From positions 177,816,001 to 177,880,000 of the forward strand of contig NC_042997.1 in NCBI RefSeq assembly GCF_006345805.1: DNA of 64,000 bases, written 5' to 3'. Below, piece after piece: positions 49,174 to 62,575 of the stretch. Source of the DNA: Octopus sinensis. Its lineage: Eukaryota. The notes beneath the pieces were generated by a model that worked only from the letters and a program-made list of their open reading frames with translations, had not been told where the DNA came from and searched no databases. The position numbers and the translations under genes are program-made. Within the stretch, counting starts at the first letter, position 1. Each line of letters begins with the position of its first letter.

Positions 49174-49499
49174 ATCATCATTTGACATCCATTGTCCATG
49201 TTGGCATGGATTGGATGGCTTGACTAGGGCTGGTAGGCTGAGGGGTTGCTTCAGACTCCAGTCAGATTTGTCATGGTTTCTATGACTGGATGCCCTTCGT
49301 AATACCAACCACTCTGAGAGTGTACTGGGTGCTTTTACATGCCAGTTGCATGACACCAGTATTTGCCACGACTACGATTTCACTTCACGTGATGGGTCTT
49401 CTTTTCAAGCACAGCATATTGCCAAAGGTCCCAGTCATTTGTCATTGCCTCGCTGAGGCCCAACACTTGAAAGGTGCTTTTTACATGCCACCAGCACTG
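49174..49499 (-). mobile_element. SINE family A variant in ATMIN intron 1
   Basis: Family A core 39 nt downstream of the exon 1 donor. Confidence 0.85.
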
Positions 49500-50077
49500 C
49501 TGAACACACATCTGATTAATCATCCCTTCAGTGTGATGTGGGATCAGTAACTACTACTAGCCAGGCAAATGGAAGTGTACAGGTTAAAATAAAATATCTT
49601 CTATTTATTTACACATCATTGTAGATTACATAATTGTTAAGAAGTTTTTATTACAACCATGTGGTTGTAATACTGTAGTTACAGAGACATAAACGCAGCA
49701 ACACCAGTTATCAAGCAGTGGTGAGAGACAACCAACACACACTTGTGTGAAGTATATATATAATGAAGATGAGCAGAACAGAGAATTGCACATTCATATT
49801 TTATTATACAGTAATTTACATCATTATGGATGTCCAAATCTCTGCTCTCCTGATTTTCATTAATTTCATTATTTTCTCTACAGAAACTAGGCAGTCCCTA
49901 AAAGGATGTTCAGATTTACCAAGCAAGGATAATAACCGAGTCTAGTAAATTATAACTAACTTGAACATCACCAACATTCGTTGTGGCTAGCTGGCATTGA
50001 GAATGGATCTAAGAGTTAACATGGTAACCATCAAGACTATATATCCCTTGAAACCATTTATATATATATGTATATGT

Positions 50078-50243
50078 ACGACAGGTTTCTTTCAGTTTCC
50101 ATCTACCAGATCCATTCACAAGGCTTTGGTTGGCCTGAGGCTATAGTAGAAGACATATGCTCAAGGTGCCACACAGTGGGACTGAACCCATAACCACGTG
50201 GTTGCGAAGCAAGCTTCCTACCACACAACCATGTCTATGCCTA
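50078..50243 (-). mobile_element. SINE family B head
   Basis: Core and head present. Confidence 0.8.
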
Positions 50244-50443
50244 ATGTAATTTCATTAGAAAGTATCCAAAATTTCCCAAATTCTCTAAGTTTTTTCAATA
50301 GCACTGTAATAAATTCCTAAGACTGTCTGCTAGTTTTGGTTGATATATGAATCTTTTTTATATTCTCCTGTAAATCGACTGTATCTTCTACTCAGGTTGA
50401 TTATATAATATTATAGGATTTGTTTTGATCCTTTTATATAATA

Positions 50444-51670
50444 CTGGCAAATGCAGCCATCCTTTGGACAGTTTAAGTTACTATGGTGGTACTTTTTTCA
50501 CTGAATAATTGAACTACACAGCAATACACATATAAAAAAATATAGAAAACTATAGAAAATATAGACAATTACAACATATAAATAAATAATAAGTACAAAA
50601 AATGTGAAAACAACTAAAAAATATTCTGTAATGCAAATATACGACCATATAGATTAAAAAAGTATGGAAAACAGTCAAAAGAAATAGACAAAATTCTTTC
50701 ATTTTTATAATATTCTCTAATGAAAACTCAAATTATACACATAAAAAAATATAGAAAGTAATAATATAGAATTATAACATATAAATAAATAGGCACGTGA
50801 ACAAACATTTGAGCGAGGTCGTTGCCAGTGCCACCGCACTGGCTCCTGTGCAGGTGGCACGTAAAAAACACGATTTGAGCTTGGCCGTTGCCAGTACTGC
50901 CTGACTGGCCCCCATGCCGGTGGTACATAAAAGCACCCATTACACGCTCGGAGTGGTTGGCTTTAGGAAGGGCATCAAGCTGTAGAAACTGCAAGATCAA
51001 GATTGGAGCCTGGTGCAGCCATCTGGCTCACCAGTCCTTAGTCAAATCGTCCAACCCATGCTAGCATGGAAAGCGGACATTAAACGATGATGATGATGAA
51101 TAAATGAAAAACGTGTGATAACCACTAAAGAAATATTCTTTAATGCCAATATTTTTCCATATAGATTAAAAAAGTATGGATGACCCTACATACAAAATAA
51201 ATTATGTTCATACAACAAATTTGGATAAGTCTTATGAATTAACATAAACATTTATTTACTTGAAAGAAAATTACTGGAGACATAACATATGTTGTGCTAA
51301 AAATAACAGCTAAATAAGTTTTGGGGATAAATCTTTTAAATTAACATAAACATTTATTTACATGAATACAAAATGACAGCTTCCAAATCTTATTTCCTGA
51401 CTGGGTCACCACGCAGGTGGAAAGTTGAAATAAATAAATAGAAAAAAATTCTTTCACTTTTACAAAAAAGATTAAAATAAGTATGGAAGGCCCTGCATAT
51501 GAAAAACTATGTCCATTTATGTGGGAGCTCTGGGCAAAATGTTATAGTTCATGACCATCCTTGGAACATAAGTGATGTGTGTATAAATTTTGGAGAAAAT
51601 TGGTTGAGAATTGAGGAAATGTATGTGTTAGCCATTATACATACACATAATGTGATTTATATATACTAGA
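50444..51670 (-). mobile_element. Older Helitron-like element interrupted by a SINE A
   Basis: Minus strand 5' A|TCtagtatatataaatc at 51670; degenerate 3' end (plus strand actggcaaatgcagccatcctttggacag) at 50444. Confidence 0.55.
50792..51098 (+). mobile_element. SINE family A
   Basis: Core, two internal units, (GAT)n tail. Confidence 0.9.
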
Positions 51671-51743
51671 TCAGTATGGTATTAGATTTTTGTTTACATT
51701 TCTGGGTGAATCATAAAGGAAGGCAATGTTAATTTCTCTTCAG

Positions 51744-51887
51744 AGATCTGATAAGAATGATTTGGACAACAATTGCAGTGATAATCATTCACAAAATGTG
51801 GTCAAACAATACCACTGTCCAGTACAAAGCTGTGTATACAATGTTTCATCAAAAAGGCATTTTGCATCCAAAAAGCTACTGAAGCAG
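51744..51887 (+). CDS. ATMIN: ATMIN coding exon 2 (start of zinc finger 2)
   Basis: Acceptor tttctcttcag|, 48 codons containing YHCPVQSCVYNVSSKRHFASKKLLKQ (matches the ATMIN FYCCP...C...F....LVKQ segment), donor CAG|gtgagt; phase 0-0. Confidence 0.92.
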
Positions 51888-52324
51888 GTGAGTTTATTTA
51901 TAATTTTTTTTTCTGAATTTTTGGAAATATTTTTTTCACTCATTCACAAATGTTTATATATGATATTATTGATTAGTCCCAGGTCACCTCTGATGAAGCA
52001 GATTATAATAAAGAATTCCAGCTAAGACAGTCTCATCTTATTTCTAAACAAATGTATCAAAAACTGCATATATCTCTAATATGGCAATTTTTTGAGGTAT
52101 TTGGCTATTATTTCTAACTGGTCTAGTGGTTATGTAAGAGGCTCCCTTATTGGCTCATTTATATAAATATTTAAATTTTATCATCATATGTATGCTAATA
52201 CTGAAAGCCTTTGCTATTCTGAAAATTATACTGTTAGTATGAGGGCCTTTATTTGCATATTTTATTTGTTATTTTTCAAATCGCTCAACTATGACAGAGA
52301 TAGAAGTCTTAATTTTTAAGCTTC

Positions 52325-52520
52325 TCTTTTATCTGTTTCATGCTGGGTCACTGTCTTGAAAAACTTTTAGTCAAATATATCACCCCAGTACTTATTTTGT
52401 TTTTAAACCTAGTACTCATTCTATCAGTGTCTGTGTCTTTTTGCCGAACTGCTAAGTTACAGGGACATAAACACACCAACACCGGTTGTCAAGCAGCGGT
52501 GAGAGACAACCAACACACAC
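52325..52520 (-). mobile_element. SINE family B tail
   Basis: gccgaactgctaagttacagggacataaacacacc. Confidence 0.75.
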
Positions 52521-52742
52521 ATAGTTGGTTCTTCTTTCTAGTTAGGCTAAAAATGAAACAACTGGAATTAGGTACCTTGCCAAAATGCCCTGAGCAAACT
52601 TAAATGCCACAAATGAGTTGCTGAAAAGAGAAATAATGAAAGGCATGTTGCTGTGCAGACTTGTCAAATTCATACAATATAAAGAAGCAGGCTTTAATAA
52701 TTGAGGAATTGAGGTTTTTTTTGGGTTTTTTTTGGCTCTGTC

Positions 52743-52946
52743 ACCTGACTGGCTCCTGTGCCGGTGGCACGTAAAAAGCACCCGCTACACTCTCGGAGTG
52801 GTTAGCGTTAGGAAGGGCATCCAGCTATAGAAACTCTGCCAGATCAAGATGGAAGCCTGGTACAGCCATCTGGTTCGCCATCCCTCAGTCAAATCGTCCA
52901 ACCCATGCTAGCATGGAAAGTGGACGTTAAACGATGATGATGATGA
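52743..52946 (+). mobile_element. SINE family A
   Basis: Core and (GAT)n tail. Confidence 0.9.
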
Positions 52947-53696
52947 GTTCCTGTAAATGAGACTTCTAGAATAAAATCATTTTGTGGCTGTGATATAGAT
53001 ACTTTAAAGTTTGTAACCCTTTTTGTTTCCACCCTGCTTGAGACTGCCCCTAGTTCTAAGCCACAAACATCCTGTTTTAAAGTGTCTAAATTAAAATCTC
53101 CCATCAAAGTTTCATGCTAACTGAAGTTCCAAGCACCAGCTTATACTGACAAAATTATTTTACTAAATTCTTAATTATTCTAAGGATTAATTAAAAGAAA
53201 GGGAGTATATTTCAACAAAAATATGATAATGAAAAGGTTAAAATATAGGTGACTGTGGTAGGATATAACCGCCACAAGGTCCAGTCCTTGTTGCAGTGTG
53301 GTAGCTTACATGCTTCAGTGATGTTAAGGACTATACCAACAGAATGCAAGCTCCTAAAAGGGCCTCCAGTGCTGGGCAGGTCAAATGTTAGAAGTCATAT
53401 TATTAAAGACAACCTCTTGCCAGAGGTCTAAAATGTTTACACAGGGCCAACACTCCTACATAGAAAAAAGCAAAAGTTACAGAAGCATTGATGATAATTC
53501 AAAACCAACAAGACCTGGACAATGACAGATAGGCCACACATTAACCCTTTTCTTAACTATTTATTTTGAGATGCTGTATTTCTTTCAATGCCTTCTTATG
53601 TTGGAGACAATTTAAATTTCGTTAGAATCCTTAATTTATGTAAATCTGTAATTAGAACATATTTAATAACTTTTGTATTTTTTTTATTTTGACCAG

Positions 53697-53908
53697 CATT
53701 ACATGAAGGTTCATGCTGACAAGAAACATAAGTGTCCAAAATGTGGTCAGGGCTTTGGATTGGATCGGGATTGTCGCCGACACTTTGCAACATGTGGCAT
53801 GATCTTCCGCTGCAAGACCTGTGATTGCCCTTTCAGCAGTGCAGAGGCAACTATCAACCATTGCAATCTCAAGCAACATGAGATTCCAGCTGAATGCAAA
53901 ACTATTAG
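53697..53908 (+). CDS. ATMIN: ATMIN coding exon 3 (end of zinc finger 2, fingers 3-4)
   Basis: HYMKVHADKKHKCPKCGQGFGLDRDCRRHFATCGMIFRCKTCDCPFSS...HEIPAE closely parallels vertebrate ATMIN HFMKMHAEKKHKCSKC...HEIPAE; acceptor ttttgaccag|, donor AG|gtaaat; phase 0-2. Confidence 0.95.
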
Positions 53909-53974
53909 GTAAATCTTTAAATTTCCTTAGCTTCTTGTTTCTCTTTCTGTCTATGGATTCTTCAGTAATTACTA

Positions 53975-54168
53975 TGGCCTAGTGGTTAAGGTGTTGTATT
54001 TATGATTATGATTATGAGTTTGTGGTTTTGATTCCCAGACCGGGTGGTATGTTGTGTGCTTGAGCAAAACACTTTGTTTCCCATTACTCTGTGATCACTT
54101 CAACATTTGTTGTATGGCCCACCATGCACCTGCGTAAGCAATGTTGATTTGATGGAGGGAGTGAGCTC
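53975..54168 (+). mobile_element. SINE family E
   Basis: tatggcctagtggttaagg head; gtgtgcttgagcaaaacactt core. Confidence 0.7.
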
Positions 54169-54171
54169 ATC

Positions 54172-54500
54172 ATTATCATCATTGTTCGACCGTAGTCGAG
54201 ACAATGGAATTTACCATGCTTCGCCAAACTTCATGGTCCATCATAGCATTACAGAGGTAGGGGAGTGTGCGCCCCCTGGTATTGCGAGTAGATGGCTTCC
54301 AGAGGAGAAGAGGAGAAATTGCCTCGTTTTCAGCTCTACAACAATGTCCAGCAAACTGGACTCTCCTACCTTTCACAAGAGATGACACAGGTGGTAGTTT
54401 CCCATATATTTGCATTTTGGTTGGATGACACTTCCACGAGAGATTTTGAGCTCTCATAAGGAGGCGAGTGTAGGTTCCATCCAACCAACCAGCCTGAGTG
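54172..54500 (-). mobile_element. RTE-type LINE 3' fragment
   Basis: DGTYTRLLMRAQNLSWK.HPT..QIYGKLPPVSSLVKGRRVQFAGHC...LLLW, a typical RTE-group C-terminus. Confidence 0.85.
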
Positions 54501-54699
54501 ATCTCATGTACAGCACAAACATTTAATCACTATAAAAAAATCATCTGTGCAGGTTGTTCAGGAAGAAATTTCAGAATTATCTTCCTTGGACTCGAGATTA
54601 CCAAGAAGAATTACCAATAATTGCAAAATGATTCTTAAAATTATTCATAACTTATTTAGTCAAATTCTACTTTCTCACCAAATTCGTTTTGCTCTATTA

Positions 54700-54830
54700 T
54701 CTCAGTTCAGCATGGTTTCTGTAGCTGGATGCCCTTCTTCATACCAACCACTTTACAAAATGTACTGGGTGTTTTTTCTGTGGCACCAACACTAGTGATG
54801 TTGCCATGTAACTTGCTAGACCAAAGAGTT
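54700..54830 (-). mobile_element. SINE family A, old fragment
   Basis: catggtttctgtagctggatgccctt...accaaccac. Confidence 0.65.
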
Positions 54831-55512
54831 CCACTCACTGATAAGGAACATAGGAGAGAGGGAGGTGATTTTATGTAATGTATTGAGAAGTTAAGGTATG
54901 ATGGGACAGGAGCAGGTTTGTTGTTGTAAGGGAAATATATGACTACTTCATATTATATGAAGACAGGTGGAGGTAAGTGAAGTGGAGATAGAAAAAGAGA
55001 TGAAGATTATGGTGACAAGGTGTTCAAGCCTACCCTCAAAGTACAAGACGGTGAATAGAAGAGAGCGTGGGGACAGAACATCACAAAGGGTAGTGGAGGG
55101 ATAATGGTTCCAGAGTGTGCAAGGTGAGTTGAGATATGGTTATTGGAAGTAGTGGTGAATCTAGTAAATGATAAAGAAGGGTCGGGATGGCTGATAGGAC
55201 ATATGAATGGAGGACAACTGTAATAAGAATAAGGCATGGATGTCAATAGAAATTGCTGAGGGGAAAGTAAGTGATGAGCAGCAGAATAATACAATAAATA
55301 AGGAAGGGTTGAGAGCTAGGGAAATGACAAAGAGTTGGATGGGTATAAGGTTGCAATCTATACTCTTGATATATTTTCCATAGCTATGAATATAATCATG
55401 CAAACCTTATCCATTGACAAATTTTATATAACCATAATTTTTATCTGGTTTTGTGTTTTTCTTATATATAATAATTCTGTAGTCTCTTTGCAAATGTTTG
55501 CTTCTAGTGTTC

Positions 55513-55984
<472 letters not shown>

Positions 55985-56136
55985 AATGTGTTAATGTCAA
56001 AAGACACATTGTAAACTATGCATTTAGTCTATAGTCGCATTTATTTCTGTGTAAGTAAAATTGTCAGAACAGCACTAATTAAGTAGTTTTATAAAGTAAT
56101 GGCTTACAATTAAGTATATCTGTTTTTGTTTTTCAG

Positions 56137-56927
56137 ATCAGGAAAGACAACACCTGTCAGCGTTGCTCCAACTTTTATCATCTTACATACATCACCATCT
56201 GCACTTACTTCACAGTCTGCTAAAACGGTTACTCCAACAACTTTTACATCTCAGCTGAGACCTTTACTTCCCAAACCAGTTATCAAAACTACATTACTTT
56301 CAAGATCAGAGCCATTAGTTGTAAGTGGTGATGGAACAAGCAGTTTTACTCATCTTTTAAATCCAGGATTGAATAAAACTCATTTAACTGAGTCAAACAA
56401 TGTATGCATTCAAACTGAGAACCAATTAGATAACACAATGATGTCCTATCCGACTTTAGAGAATCACCTGTACAAGAGGACCAATTGGCAAGAAACCAAT
56501 GACCAAACAGACAGTACTCTATTTGCGGGTATAAACCAAAAATCTGTCAAAAGATTGTCTGAAGATGCTATTTATTCACTGAACAAATTTACATCATCTA
56601 CAGGTATCCAAACTGCAGTAAGTGTACCACCTGTGAAAAAGAAATCTCTTCACAATATGGTGGGGACTCAGACAATGGGTGATTATATCCTTACAACAGC
56701 TATGTCTTCAGCACAAATACCTATCCAACAGGTATCCCAAGCATCTCAAGCTAACTCTCATTGCAAAGTAGCAAAGAATCAAAATACAGAGTCCAGCCAT
56801 ACCCAAACAATGGATGTTAAATCTTCCAAGTGGAAGAAAAGGCGACACTCTTTCTCTTGGCAAGAAAATTTGGATGAAATACAAATCCATGAAAATACTC
56901 AGAATTTACTTCTTTTCAAAGACACAG
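56137..56927 (+). CDS. ATMIN: ATMIN coding exon 4 (S/T-rich region, IQT/TQT motifs, basic NLS-like patches)
   Basis: Acceptor tttttgtttttcag|A restores the AGA codon (phase 2); open 791 nt with CIQT, GIQT, GTQT, HTQT and KWKKRRHS; donor CAG|gtaaat (phase 1). Confidence 0.9.
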
Positions 56928-57107
56928 GTAAATACATTTCTTATGCATTTTTGACCATAAACTTACTCTTTAACACTATATATGAGGTCACCTCTAACAA
57001 TCTACAATCATACGCAAATGATAACCCCCATTCAGTTCTTTCTAAGCTTCCACACCCAAGCATCATTCATATGTGACCCAGACACTTCATATCAAATTTA
57101 CATTAAT

Positions 57108-57343
57108 TTCTATTATTTTACTACCCACAAGGGGCTAAACATAGAGTGGACAAACAAGGACAGACAAAGGGATTAAGTCGATTACATTGACCCCAGTGCG
57201 TAACTGGTACTTAATTTATCAACCCCGAAAAGATGAAAGGCAAAGTCAACCTCGGCGGAATTTGAACTCGCAATGTAACGGCAGACGAAATACCGCTAAG
57301 CATTTTGGCTGGTGTGCTAACGTTTCTGCCAGCTTGCTGCCTT
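57108..57343 (-). mobile_element. SINE family C, full length
   Basis: Head to tail, in ATMIN intron 4. Confidence 0.92.
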
Positions 57344-57494
57344 AAATCTACATTAATTTCATTAAAAGAAACCTCAAAAACGTCTTTCAGTGGTGTCATA
57401 CCTATCTTGTCACTTTTGACAGGACTAAGACACCAATTGCTACAGACATGAAGAAAATACTGGTCACCCCCACCCACCCTTAAACATTAGGAAT

Positions 57495-58090
57495 AGCATG
57501 CAACTAGAATCCTCAAGATCACTACAAATGCTAGGCCTCGTCATCACTAAGGATCTTTTCTGGGAAATGCCTATCCTCAACATAGCCAAACTGTGTTACA
57601 AAGACTGGCCTTCAGAACCAGAAAATACTTCATCATCCCCACCAACTACTCAAGACCCACAATGGAGTTCTGCTCCTACATCTGGGACAGTGCTACTGTT
57701 ATACACACATGCATGTATGTGTGTGCACAACACACACACACAACATGAACTAATTCAAAGAAAGCTTGATTGGTATGAAGTTGCTCATGAACATATTCTA
57801 TACTCTGGCTCACTGATGCATTGTCTCTTCTACCTTTTCTACTACTACTACTACTACCGTAGCTTTTGCTTCTTGTAGCTAACTGGTCTTGTCCCACCTT
57901 ATTCAGACACTTTTGACCCTAACATATCTCCTCTTGTCTCCTGTTTTGTATCCCCTTCCAGGCTGTGTACTAATCACTATACCTGGACCTTACTCCACAG
58001 AATGTTTGCGCCATGAAATTCCTGCCTTGCTTTTGCTTTTGTTGCAGTTTTTTCTTGTAGTTGTTCAAGTGGAATGTTAACTGCATAAGT
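57495..58090 (+). mobile_element. Decayed CR1/L2-group LINE 3' fragment
   Basis: LQMLGLVITKDLFW..ILNIAK, RPTMEFCSYIW, LFY.FY...L.GLVPP, RTNHY...WNSLP-like segments across frameshifts. Confidence 0.65.
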
Positions 58091-58411
58091 TTCACCAGTT
58101 TCAGAGAGTGTACAAAGGCTACAGCATTGCCCCTTCAGACCAAACCCAAAATGTAACAGAAAAAAAATTATTTTTCTGACAGCTTTACACTTCAAGAACC
58201 ATGCCATCTTAAATTAACGTAAATAAGACTATTGCTTAATTATTAATATTATTGTACAAGATTATCTTGTATAGAAAGAGTTTGTTAGTTAATTGTTTTT
58301 AGATTTATGTATGATTTTTATTGAGGCAGTTATTCGCTTTTGTTATTCAAGTTTATAATTAACATAATTTATTACAAAATGTCTCTTAATTTATCCTTTT
58401 CTTTAACTTAG

Positions 58412-60342
58412 GTTCAACAAGTGAACTTACTGACAATCATACCCAAACAATATCAGAGAGTGTACCAGCTATTTCAACCCAGACTAATATGACTTGTCTT
58501 ATGAACTCTTGGCAAAATGGGAAAGTAACTTCTGATAACAACACTTCCTTCAATAGTCAGCAAAGTACTGAGACCCAAACAATCAGCTCGGTCTTACAGA
58601 AGATGATGAACAAAAATGAGGACAGTTTCTATCAGTTAGCTACCCCTTACAATGAAGAATCCAGTACAGAACAATCATCCTTTCCTCCAATTGATTCTGA
58701 CAATTCAAAGGCAGCTCTACCAAACACTATCAATTCTTCACTGCAGACTAATACTGCCATGGACTTACTCTATTCTCCATTATCAAGTGACACTGATTCA
58801 ACAATTAATAGACAAGTATCTTCTGATAATTACCAAGCTTTTAATTCTGAATTAACTCCAGCTTTGGATGACAGTAACTGTGCAAGTTTGCTGAATTCCA
58901 TAGCAGACCAAAATGCAAGTGATAATTACATATGTGAAAATGAAGAAATGCAATCAAATGTTGTCAACAATGAGTCTGTAGAAAGCATTAGAAATAAGAA
59001 TGAGATATCTGAATCTAGTAGTGCAATTTCTTTTAGCTTTATTAATCAAAGCCTTGACACTAATGAGTGTTCCTTGAGCAGCTTTTCATCTTCAAGGCAA
59101 CACCATGGTGCTTTAGCTAGCTTTTCCAATTTACAGAACATAAATCAAGAATCAGAAGATAATCAAAGAAATAATCAAGAAAATACTACCAACTTGTTGA
59201 ATTCTTTGGTTGACAAAGATCCAATTTTGTACAGTAGCACTAGTTTCGCTGATATTGGGGACTCCAGTGATGCCCTAAAATATCCTCAGATGGAATCGTT
59301 TGACAATGTGCAGGCTTTTACCACATCAACAACACCACCTTTGGATATAACCGATGCCTCGTTGTTATCATTTGATAAAAGACTCAACACTACTAACAGG
59401 AATAACAACACTGATAACTATCTTATTCAACCAGAATCTGCTAAGAATAAAAATAAAATCTCTCAAAATTCAGATATAGGAAACATATCCAACAAATCAT
59501 TCTTTGATAGTTCTCTGGAGAACGGAATGGCTGGAAATAACAAGACACAATCAGAGAAAATCTACTTTGATTCTTCAAAGAATGCTGAGATTAACTTCCC
59601 ATCTGGCGAATTCTATTTAAGCAATCCAAATGTTAGCCCAGTTCAGTGTAATCAAAGTCTTTCTGAAAAACTATTTAGCTCTGAGAAAGGTGTTGGTACA
59701 GATTCCTGCATTAACCATTACACTGATATATCTTCAACTGCCAGCAGTTTCTACAACACAACCAATGATGTTTTGAATGATGCAGAGAACAAAGATAGCT
59801 CAACGTCTATGAATGATGTGATAGAAGATGCTAGAAACAGAATTTCTATGAGTTCTCTTTCGAGTGCTGAATGTAATCCAATGATTTCTAGGGAGTTCCC
59901 ACCAATGGTGGCTAACAGTGAAGTACAGACGCTTGCATTAGACGACAACATTGAAGCTCTGTTGAACAATTCCGAACACTCGCGGTCCTCATCTGTCATC
60001 GACATGCACACACAAACCGTCGAAGATATTTTGGACTTGTTTGGAAACAACATGGAAACCCAAACGGCTGTTGATGATACATTCTTACTTGGACTTGAAT
60101 TCTCTGACATTGAAACTCAGACGACAGCTGGAGATCTTGATTCAGTAGAAAGTCGCTGTCTGATTACTGCAGGAACCCAAACAACATTTTCAAATCTCAA
60201 TCTCAGTCAAGATGTTGAGTTCTCTGATATGGAAACCCAGACTGGCTTTACCATGATGGACCTGGATACTTTTCTCACTGATTCACATACGCAAACAACA
60301 TTTGGAGAGCTAGAAGACTTTCTCTGTGGCTTTAATTCTTAA
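58412..60342 (+). CDS. ATMIN: ATMIN terminal coding exon (disordered C-terminus with TQT LC8-binding repeats)
   Basis: Acceptor ttttctttaacttag|GT (phase 1), in frame with the 617-aa ORF; C-terminal NMETQTAVDDTFLLGLEFSDIETQT resembles vertebrate ATMIN NETQTAMDDFLL. The five exons join to 3231 nt with consistent phases. Confidence 0.93.
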
Positions 60343-61197
60343 GTGTAAACAAAAACAGCAGCTAAAATATTCTGTTTTTCGTCGTTGTTGCATCTATTAT
60401 TTGTTATAATATTTGAGCTGAGCGATAAAAAAGATAGACAGAAACTACACTACAAAGTATTAAATAATTCACTGAATTAAGACAGAGTTTTGTTTTTAGA
60501 AACTACTTGTGTCTTAATTGACTGCTAAATGATCAAAATACATCTTGTTTTTGTGCTAATTATAACAGAAAATAATTTTGTTTTAATTTTATTCTGTTGC
60601 ATAGAGTAGTAAGGTAGCATGGTTAAAGTGTTAGACTAAGTATTTCATAGCTTAATATCAGCTCTCTATATTCTAAACTTGAATTTGGCTATTTTTAATT
60701 TCCTTTTATCCCTTCAGTATCTATAAAATAAGCACAAGAAAAATATAATCTCTCTCTATAGCAATATGTAATTTGCTTAGATTTCTAAGAATTAATAATG
60801 CACTTAAAACAACTAATTATAGTTATGTCAGATCACGGATTTCAGAATTTCTGGACCACCATTAGCTATCCTCTTCATTTTCAAGATATAGTTTATTTAT
60901 TTATTTATTTATTGTACATTTGTTTAAACACTTGATGTTTTTTTTTTGTTTTTTGTTTCCATGTGATAATAATTTAAAAAACAAACACAGAAAAGGCAAA
61001 AACAGGACAAATTTAGTGTTCTGATTATTGTATATTTTATTTTGCAAATTTAATGATATTGGTTTCAAGTAAAGATACATTGAACATATCAAATGTGGTT
61101 TTCCTTCTTACCATTCTTAATGCATCAGCATTTATTTTACATTTTATTTTGAATTTACTGAATCAATAATATCATTGTCATTGCATCTGTATTTAAT

Positions 61198-61592
61198 TTC
61201 TTATTTCTTTACTGCCCACAAGGGGCTACACACAGAGGGGACAAACAAGGATAGAAAAACGGATTAAGTCGATTATATCGACCCCAGTGCATAACTGGTA
61301 CTTATTTAATCGACTCCGAAAGGATGAAAGGCAAAGTTAGCCTTGGCAGAATTTGAACTCAGAACGTAGCGGCAGACGAAATACCTATTTCTTTACTACC
61401 CACAAGGGGCTAAACACAGAGGGGACAAGCAAGGACAGACACACGGATTAAGTCAATTACATCGATCCCAATGCGTAACTGGTACTTATTTAGTCGACCT
61501 CGGCAGAATTTGAACTCGGAACGTAGCAGCAGACAAAATACCACTAAGTATTTCACCCGATGTGCTAACATTTCTGCCAGCTCGCCGCCTTA
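61198..61592 (-). mobile_element. SINE family C head-plus-dimer
   Basis: Two bodies joined at aaatacctatttcttta, one head. Confidence 0.9.
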
Positions 61593-61842
61593 AATTTATT
61601 TAGTTTCTATTGAGATGGGTTTGATAGGTCCGTCATATGGCATATCAGTCCTCTTGTTTCTGCATCATCTTATTTACAGGATTTAACATCTTGAGATATG
61701 AATTCACAATTTCTTCCTATGTCTTTCCAGGTCTTTCTCTGTTGCAACCTACTTTACACTTTCTGATTACAGCTCCTTTTTATTTCACACTTGTTGTCCA
61801 TTCACATCACATCTGTACCAGTGCAACAACTTACTGCATAGG

Positions 61843-62388
61843 TTCAAGCATTGCTGTATGGTTAAGAAGCTAGCTTTGCAACCAAGTGGTTTTGGGTTCA
61901 ATCTCACTGAGTGGAACCTTAGCCAAGTGTCTTCTCCTATAGCCCCAAGCCGGCCAATGACTTGTCAGTGGATTTGGTTTGATGTAAACAGTGTAGAAGT
62001 TTGTCATATGCGTGTGTGTATGTGTGGTAAGAAGCTTGCCTTCCAACCATGTGATTCCATTTCAGTCTCAATGCATGGCGCCTTGGGCAAGTGTCTTCTA
62101 CTACAGCCTCAGGCTGACCAAAGCCTTGTGAATGGATTTCGTTGACAAACTGAAAGGAGCATGTTGTGTATATATATATGTGTGTGTGTGTTTATGTTTG
62201 TATCCCCCACCACTGTGTGACAACCCTTATTGGTGTGTTTACGTCCCTGTTACCGAGCAGTTTGGTTAAAGAGACTGACAGAATAAGTACTAAGCTTTAG
62301 AAAATAACCCTAGAGTCAATTTGTTTGACTTCAAGGCTGTGCCCCAGCATGGCCACAGTCAAATAACTGATAAAAGTAAAAGATAAAA
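61843..62388 (+). mobile_element. SINE family B with a preceding second head
   Basis: Two successive gtggtaagaagcttgc heads and cores; tail ends ...aagtaaaagataaa. Confidence 0.8.
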
Positions 62389-62524
62389 TATGCATTATTG
62401 TTGACATCATAAGAATTTTATAAACTTTTGAGAGAATGTGAAATAATTCTTTTTCAGAACATTGGCTCTTAAGGTGGTTGTCAAGCTTTATATGATGAAC
62501 CTAGGGAGCCAGTGTTTCAAAAGA

Positions 62525-62558
<34 letters not shown>

Positions 62559-62575
62559 ATATATATATATATATA

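Noticed and set aside
56928-57076. ORF read-through beyond the ATMIN exon 4 donor
   Set aside because: A canonical phase-1 donor matches exon 5; the extension has no motif content and no polyA signal was seen.
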